Source of the DNA: Minisyncoccota bacterium
Lineage (GTDB): Bacteria; Patescibacteriota; Minisyncoccia; UBA6257; JAGOQP01
DNA: 64,000 nt
Direction of reading: 5' to 3'
NCBI GenBank assembly: GCA_041661795.1
Contig: JBAZTS010000001.1
Span: 124,161 to 188,160, forward strand
Position 1 is the stretch's first letter, and each line of letters begins with the position of its first letter. Positions 58,630 through 64,000 of this stretch are shown here, one piece after another. The notes under the pieces are model-generated. The model ran no database searches, had not been told where the DNA came from, and worked only from the letters and a program-made list of their open reading frames with translations. The translations under genes and the position numbers were made by a program.

Positions 58630-59175
58630 TTATTCGTTTATCTCAACTATTTTCTTTTCCAAAATTTCGTCTATCTCTTTATTAAATTTATCTATATCTT
58701 TTTGAATATCTTCTGAAATTTTAAACCTCTCGTCCTCGGTTATTCCTCCTTCTTTTTCCTGATCACTCATCTTTTTCTTTATGTCATCGCGGGCATTTCT
58801 TGATTTTATTCTGGTATCTTCCGTTTTAGCTTTAATCATTTTTATAATCTCATCCTTCCTTTCTTGAGTTAAAGAAGGAAGATTGACGTGAACAGTGTTG
58901 CCATCCGGAGAAGCAGACAGATTAAGAGCGTTAGAAACGGCTTTAGCAATCGCATTTACTGCTGAAGCATCCCAAACGGTTATTTGTATCTCTCTTGGTA
59001 AAACAACCGAAATTGACCCCATCTGCTTAATGGGAAGTTTTTGACCGTAATACTCTACTGTAATATCCTCAACCAAAGCAGGGGTAGGACGAGATCCTCT
59101 AACAGAAGAAACTTCTGTTTTAAAAAAAACCTTTATTTCTTCTAGTTTTTTTGAAAGCTCCTGTAATATGTCCAT
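58630..59175 (-). CDS. frr: Ribosome recycling factor
   Basis: RGSRPTPALV, EYYG, PSLTQERK, RNARDD. Confidence 0.93.
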   Translation of the reverse strand: MDILQELSKKLEEIKVFFKTEVSSVRGSRPTPALVEDITVEYYGQKLPIKQMGSISVVLPREIQITVWDASAVNAIAKAVSNALNLSASPDGNTVHVNLPSLTQERKDEIIKMIKAKTEDTRIKSRNARDDIKKKMSDQEKEGGITEDERFKISEDIQKDIDKFNKEIDEILEKKIVEINE

Positions 59176-59221
59176 ATTTGATGGACATATAATAACTTAT
59201 TTAAAAAACTAAATAAAGCAC

Positions 59222-59379
59222 TTTTAGTTTCAGAAAAAATTTTAGAACACGGGTATTTTTCTGCTAAAAAATCCCTGCCTGACGGCAGGCAGGCCTCTAG
59301 CTCAGCCCGCCGGCTTCCGCATGGCCCCAAAACCTTTTCCGAAACTAAAACCATGCGGCCGATTGGGACACATGGTTTT
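59222..59379 (-). ncRNA. Candidate structured RNA upstream of frr
   Basis: 27-bp stem 59222-59248/59324-59350 whose non-Watson-Crick positions are all G-U on the minus strand; central bulge; apical palindrome. Confidence 0.5.
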
Positions 59380-59420
59380 AATTGTTGTATATTCGAAAAT
59401 AATCAGAAATCTACTAAAAT

Positions 59421-60476
59421 TTACATTGACATTATGATTCTCTGATTAACAAAGTAGAAAGAAGAAATCTTAAATGAATTTCCAAGATCGTCAATCTTCC
59501 AGTTTTTTCCACCATCGGAACTGGTAAACATCTTTTTGTCCGAAACAACGTAAATTTTACCGTTGTTTAATCCCATGGCGTCTATGGTTTTCTTCTGAAT
59601 GGGAATTTCTTTCATAAGAGAATAGTTTCCTCCTCCATCTAAGCTTTTAAAAATACCCTCTTCGTTAAGAACATACATAATCCCATTTGAATCAAATTGT
59701 AAAAGAGAAACTTTTGGTGAAGAAAAGAATCCTCCGCCCGGTAAGTTTATTTTTTCAAATTTTCCTTCCAAGCTTTGACTCTTTCCGATATTTCCAGATT
59801 TGAAAAGAAGATAAAATCCAAGTCCATTTGGCTTGTAAATTTTAAGAACTGGAGAAGAAAAAACATTAACCACTCTGGATTGTCCGTTCTTAAGATTTAA
59901 GTGAATAATCTGACCGTTAGAAACAGCCAAATATAAGCTATTACCTTGCTGATACATGTCATAAACTGCTTCATTGTCAAAATCTATAAGTTTTTCAAGA
60001 TGAAAGAAGTAATCATAGGTTCTATAAACGACTCCTCTTCCTCCAGAAAAAACAGATATAAAATAATCCTCTCCATTAGAAGAAGCTGGTAATATCTTAA
60101 AGATTATTGAAGAAGCGTTAATTTCGTAATTAGAAGATGTGAAGCTATTCCAGGTGAGTCCTCCGTCACGACTGATAAAAAGCCCTTGGTCGGTAGAGGC
60201 GTACATCAAATTTTCTTTAGGATATCCGTCTATGTCAAAAACTTTAATATCATTGTTTTTGTTTAAAACCGCCTTGTGAATATTTTTAAAATCGTCATAA
60301 GAAACCAAAAACTGTCCGACCCCATCGGACCAGTTGGTTTCGGCAGCAGCGAAAACAGAGGCAAAAAGTCCATTGCCGTTAGAAATCCCCAGAGCGCTGT
60401 TATTTCCAGAAAGTCCAAAAAAAATTCCAACAACAGCCACTATTATTAAAACTAAGAACATGATGTTATCTGACAT
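59421..60476 (-). CDS. Membrane-anchored BNR/Asp-box beta-propeller protein
   Basis: SRDGGLTW, SLDGGGNY, SSDGGKNW Asp boxes. Confidence 0.8.
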   Translation of the reverse strand: MSDNIMFLVLIIVAVVGIFFGLSGNNSALGISNGNGLFASVFAAAETNWSDGVGQFLVSYDDFKNIHKAVLNKNNDIKVFDIDGYPKENLMYASTDQGLFISRDGGLTWNSFTSSNYEINASSIIFKILPASSNGEDYFISVFSGGRGVVYRTYDYFFHLEKLIDFDNEAVYDMYQQGNSLYLAVSNGQIIHLNLKNGQSRVVNVFSSPVLKIYKPNGLGFYLLFKSGNIGKSQSLEGKFEKINLPGGGFFSSPKVSLLQFDSNGIMYVLNEEGIFKSLDGGGNYSLMKEIPIQKKTIDAMGLNNGKIYVVSDKKMFTSSDGGKNWKIDDLGNSFKISSFYFVNQRIIMSM

Positions 60477-61336
60477 AGTAATTTTTTTATGTGAATTCTT
60501 TTATTAATGGTAAGCAGATTGAAATTTACAAAAAAGTTGCAAATTTCTTTTAGCGCCTCTAAATTTTTAACTTTATCCTTGGATAATATTAAAATTAATT
60601 CTTCTAATAAACTTTCTATATTCTTTGGATTTTTATCCACAAAAAGAATAATTTTCTCGGCTAACATATCCAGATTATAAGGAGTCAATTTAGTTCTTGA
60701 AATCTCGTTTGCAAGTTCCAAGGCCTTTTCTCTGTCCTTATCTCCCTTAGCAATCCTTATAGCTCTTCCTAATCTACCTAAAGATCTGGAAACAGCTAAT
60801 TTAACCTTACTTTGGTCCATTATACCATATTTATTCAGAAAGTCAAGTATAGAGATCTCGGGTAAGGAAGGGAAGAAAACGTTCAGAAATCTTGAGGAAA
60901 CGGTGGGCAAAAAGACCGATTGGTCTTTGGCAATGGCTATTATTACCCCCGTTTTTGGCGGTTCTTCTAATATCTTAAGCAAAGCGTTTTGGGCCTGATC
61001 AGTTAGCCATTCAGCGTCTCTTATGATAGCCATCCTGTAGGCAGAGGATATGGGTGTCTGATATAAAAACCTTTCCACTTCCCTAACCTTCTCTATACCT
61101 AAACTTTCTTTGGATTCATCACTATCTTTCTCAATTTCTTCTAAATCAACAATAATCGTTTCTTGAAATATTTTTTTCGGTTCTTCAAATTTATGATTTT
61201 CAAGATAATTGGCTAAACTTTTGGCAAAAAGAAATTTACCCAGTTCTCTTTCTCCAAAAAAAAGATAGGCATGGGAAAGTTTTTTTTCATCTGCCAAGCG
61301 TTTGAAGTCAGATATTAAAGAATCGTATCCGTACAT
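60452..61336 (-). CDS. holB: DNA polymerase III delta' subunit
   Basis: HAYLFFG, AQNALLKILEEPP, LPTVSSR. Confidence 0.88.
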   Translation of the reverse strand: MYGYDSLISDFKRLADEKKLSHAYLFFGERELGKFLFAKSLANYLENHKFEEPKKIFQETIIVDLEEIEKDSDESKESLGIEKVREVERFLYQTPISSAYRMAIIRDAEWLTDQAQNALLKILEEPPKTGVIIAIAKDQSVFLPTVSSRFLNVFFPSLPEISILDFLNKYGIMDQSKVKLAVSRSLGRLGRAIRIAKGDKDREKALELANEISRTKLTPYNLDMLAEKIILFVDKNPKNIESLLEELILILSKDKVKNLEALKEICNFFVNFNLLTINKRIHIKKLLCQITSCS

Positions 61337-61339
61337 TGA

Positions 61340-62350
61340 TTACTTTTTATTCAAAAGAGTTCTCTTATATACATCCAAATGATTTAAAATAAGCCCGGTT
61401 CCTTTGGCAACACAAAATAGGGGCTCCTCGGCAACATAAGAATTGACCCCTAAAGTTCTTTTAAAAAAAGCCGGCAGATTATCTATTTGAGCTCCTCCGC
61501 CAGAGATTATTATTCCTTTTTCCATAATATCGGCAACAAGCTCCGGAGGCGTTTCGTTAAAAACTCTTTGTATGGCAGAAGATATTTCCATCAAGTGAGG
61601 ATGAAGAGCCTCTGCGATTTCATTTGATGTAATAACCAAATCTTTTGGAAGCCCGGAAGAAACGTCTCTTCCTCTGATTTGATAGTCCTTTTTAGAACGA
61701 GTGGAAATAGCTGAGCTTATGGCAATTTTTACATTTTCAGCTGTCTGTTCTCCTATAAATAGTCCGTATTTTCTTTTTATATATTCGGATATGGCCTGAT
61801 CAAATCTGTTTCCGGCTATTCTTAAACTAGCCCAAGAAACTATTCCTCCCAAAGAAACAACAGCCACTTCTGAAGTTCCTCCTCCTATATTTACAATCAT
61901 ATTTCCAGAATGCGAGTTTATGGGAATTCCGGCTCCCAGAGCCGCCAAAATTGGCTCTTTTACCGTATGAGCTTCTTTGGCTCCCGCTTCTAAAGCAGCC
62001 CCAATAACAGCCCTTTTTTCCGTTTGAGTAATCCCGGCAGGAACCGAGATAACAACATCCGGTTTAATAAATAAATTAAAAGAACCAACCGCTTTGGAAA
62101 TAAAATATTTTAATAGAGCTTTAGTTATATAGTAGTCGGCAATAACTCCGTCTTTTAAGGGTTTATAAGGAACAATATCAGAAGGAGTTTTTCCTATCAT
62201 GTCTTTGGCTTCTTTTCCAACGGCAATTACTTTGTTTTCAGGAAGTCCCAAAGCCACCATAGTCGGTTCGTTAATAACAAAACCTTTTCCAGGAACAAAA
62301 ACAACGGTATTAACGGTTCCTAAATCTATTCCGATTTTAGTTGTAAACAT
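61340..62350 (-). CDS. mreB: Second MreB/Mbl-family actin homolog
   Basis: GIDLGTVNT, PLKDGVIAD, NIGGGTSE, TPPEL. Confidence 0.9.
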   Translation of the reverse strand: MFTTKIGIDLGTVNTVVFVPGKGFVINEPTMVALGLPENKVIAVGKEAKDMIGKTPSDIVPYKPLKDGVIADYYITKALLKYFISKAVGSFNLFIKPDVVISVPAGITQTEKRAVIGAALEAGAKEAHTVKEPILAALGAGIPINSHSGNMIVNIGGGTSEVAVVSLGGIVSWASLRIAGNRFDQAISEYIKRKYGLFIGEQTAENVKIAISSAISTRSKKDYQIRGRDVSSGLPKDLVITSNEIAEALHPHLMEISSAIQRVFNETPPELVADIMEKGIIISGGGAQIDNLPAFFKRTLGVNSYVAEEPLFCVAKGTGLILNHLDVYKRTLLNKK

Positions 62351-62397
62351 AATCTGTGTCAGATTTATGTTAGTGCTTTTACCTAAAATATGCAAAT

Positions 62398-63693
62398 TTA
62401 TCTAGTTGCGTTGTATAAAGCTTTGGCTTCTGCGGCAGAGATCGCTCTGTTATAAATATGAACATCATCTATATACCCATCAAATGTCCTGGTGGGAGTT
62501 GACATATTTCCTATGGCTAGACTTGACCCGGCATCAGATACCCGGCTACCAGCTCCGTTAGTTGCAGAAAGAACAGCTAAATTGCCATTAATATAATGAA
62601 TAACATTTCCAGAACAGGTGTCAGAACCATTCCATGTAATTACAAAATGGTTCCATTGATTTAATGGCGTTCCGGAACTAACAGCACAAGAAAGATTTGT
62701 GGACGAATAATCAACTGCAAAATTAATTGTTCCCGCAGCATTTATTGTTACAGTATAACCATTCACAATCGCGCTACTGGTTGTTTTGTCCAATACTCTG
62801 CCTAAAGTTTGCCCACCGCTTTTTGGATAAACCCAAGCAGAAAGAGTCATTGCCGAAAGATCATCTAAAGAACTATCCGAACCAACATTTACAACATCGT
62901 CTATTTTATCAAAAGAAACGGCGCCTCCGACTTTTCCTTGTACCCAAGTCATTCCCGTTCCATTGACATTTCCAGCCGTTCCACTATTAACAGTGCCTGA
63001 AGAATTTTCCAAGCCGGACGTTGAACTATTTGCTATTGACCCTGATGTTCCTCCGTCAAACTTCCAGTATCCTACAAGACCAGTATCTTTTATCGGACTT
63101 ATGGTCTTGTCTGTTCCAATTTCATACATGGAATATGAATCCCCTCCATCAGAGGATACTCTGTCTTTATCTCCTGATAATCTGTATTTATTGGATTCTA
63201 AGATAGTATTTATTTCCCAGGAACCTCCGGGTGTATATGTATAATAAAGTCCATCTGTAGGGGTGTTGGTAGGATCTATGGGTAAAGCAGAGAGTTGAAC
63301 AATAGATTGAGTAGTAAAGTTGACAGGAACCCAACCTGTACCATCTGTTTTGGTGAGATTAGCTGTAGAGACACAGTTATATGTATATCCTGAGGGGAGA
63401 TTGGGTAATCCTAAGGTTCCACAGGTAGAAGAAGCATCATCTGGTATGGAGATATAGACAGTAAGAGAGGTTCCAAAGGATATGGTAGGATCTATAGCTT
63501 CTAGGTTCTGGAGGGAGTTGTTTAAGAGGGAGAGGTCGTTTAACCTACGAGAGTCCCTGGCTTGAGCAAGATAATCAGAAGGATTGAGGATGATAACGAC
63601 TGCTGTAGTAAGGACTGCTAGGATACCTATGACGACGAGGAGTTCTACAAGGGTGAAAGAATTATTTTGTTTTACTAATTTAAATTTTTCCAT
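62398..63693 (-). CDS. Pilin fused to LamG domain (paralog C)
   Basis: S/FTLVELLVVIG; LVGYWKFD...IDDVHIYNRAIS. Confidence 0.88.
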   Translation of the reverse strand: MEKFKLVKQNNSFTLVELLVVIGILAVLTTAVVIILNPSDYLAQARDSRRLNDLSLLNNSLQNLEAIDPTISFGTSLTVYISIPDDASSTCGTLGLPNLPSGYTYNCVSTANLTKTDGTGWVPVNFTTQSIVQLSALPIDPTNTPTDGLYYTYTPGGSWEINTILESNKYRLSGDKDRVSSDGGDSYSMYEIGTDKTISPIKDTGLVGYWKFDGGTSGSIANSSTSGLENSSGTVNSGTAGNVNGTGMTWVQGKVGGAVSFDKIDDVVNVGSDSSLDDLSAMTLSAWVYPKSGGQTLGRVLDKTTSSAIVNGYTVTINAAGTINFAVDYSSTNLSCAVSSGTPLNQWNHFVITWNGSDTCSGNVIHYINGNLAVLSATNGAGSRVSDAGSSLAIGNMSTPTRTFDGYIDDVHIYNRAISAAEAKALYNATR

Positions 63694-64000
63694 CTTTTGT
63701 CTCTTTCAAATTCATCTTTTGATAGAATCCCCTCTGTTGCTCCGATGCGTTCTATAACAGATGTGGCATTGGCATTGGCCATTCTTAACGCCTCTCTTAT
63801 CTGATTCTTGTTGTAAATTGTGAGTCGTTGGTTGTCGGTCGCTCTGATAATAGCCAAAACAAATCCACTCCCAAAAGCATCTCCCGCTCCCGTTCTATCA
63901 ACAACTTTTTTTTCTTTAAAAATCCCCGACTTATAAACATTTTTTCCATCGGAAACCCACGATCCATTTTTACCATCAGTCATTACAACAATTCCTTTTA
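63675..64000 (-). CDS. PfkB-family carbohydrate kinase, 3' part
   Basis: VVDRTGAGDAFGSG signature. Confidence 0.9.
   Translation of the reverse strand, partial: KGIVVMTDGKNGSWVSDGKNVYKSGIFKEKKVVDRTGAGDAFGSGFVLAIIRATDNQRLTIYNKNQIREALRMANANATSVIERIGATEGILSKDEFERDKRWKNLN

Noticed and set aside
59142-59354. 70-aa ORF upstream of frr
   Set aside because: It overlaps frr in another frame and coincides with the G-U-rich stem; better explained as structured RNA or repeat.
46181-63693. Diversity-generating retroelement acting on the pilin-LamG genes
   Set aside because: No reverse transcriptase in the window; differences between shared segments are largely synonymous and not adenine-specific, and no TR/VR pair was seen.

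Overview
This is an AT-rich (roughly 35% GC by eye) bacterial chromosome segment with the hallmarks of Patescibacteria/CPR, most likely Parcubacteria, read in genetic code 11 with most genes on the minus strand. It contains translation and replication housekeeping genes (rpsB, tsf, trmD, rpsP, smc, rnc, nusB, dnaE, thrS, gatB, rplK-nusG-secE, gyrB, leuS, prfA, proS, frr, holB), 11 tRNAs, a solitary 16S rRNA gene, a type IV pilus operon and an mreBCD-PBP2 cluster. Five observations stand out. (1) Several families of short palindromic or heptamer repeats are inserted in frame into core proteins and into the 16S rRNA; one is a 30-nt double hairpin always read as S-A-x-G-G-S-A-x-G-G. (2) A family of small elements sits at tRNA 3' ends; each has termini copied from its own tRNA around shared core motifs. 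(3) Pilin-LamG adhesin paralogs are mosaics of swapped modules. (4) The translation apparatus is reduced: the 16S lacks an anti-Shine-Dalgarno sequence, RF1 lacks domain 1, EF-Ts is short and rplA does not follow rplK; SMC also lacks a hinge. (5) A G-U-rich rod-shaped candidate ncRNA lies upstream of frr. All calls were made by eye with no database searches.
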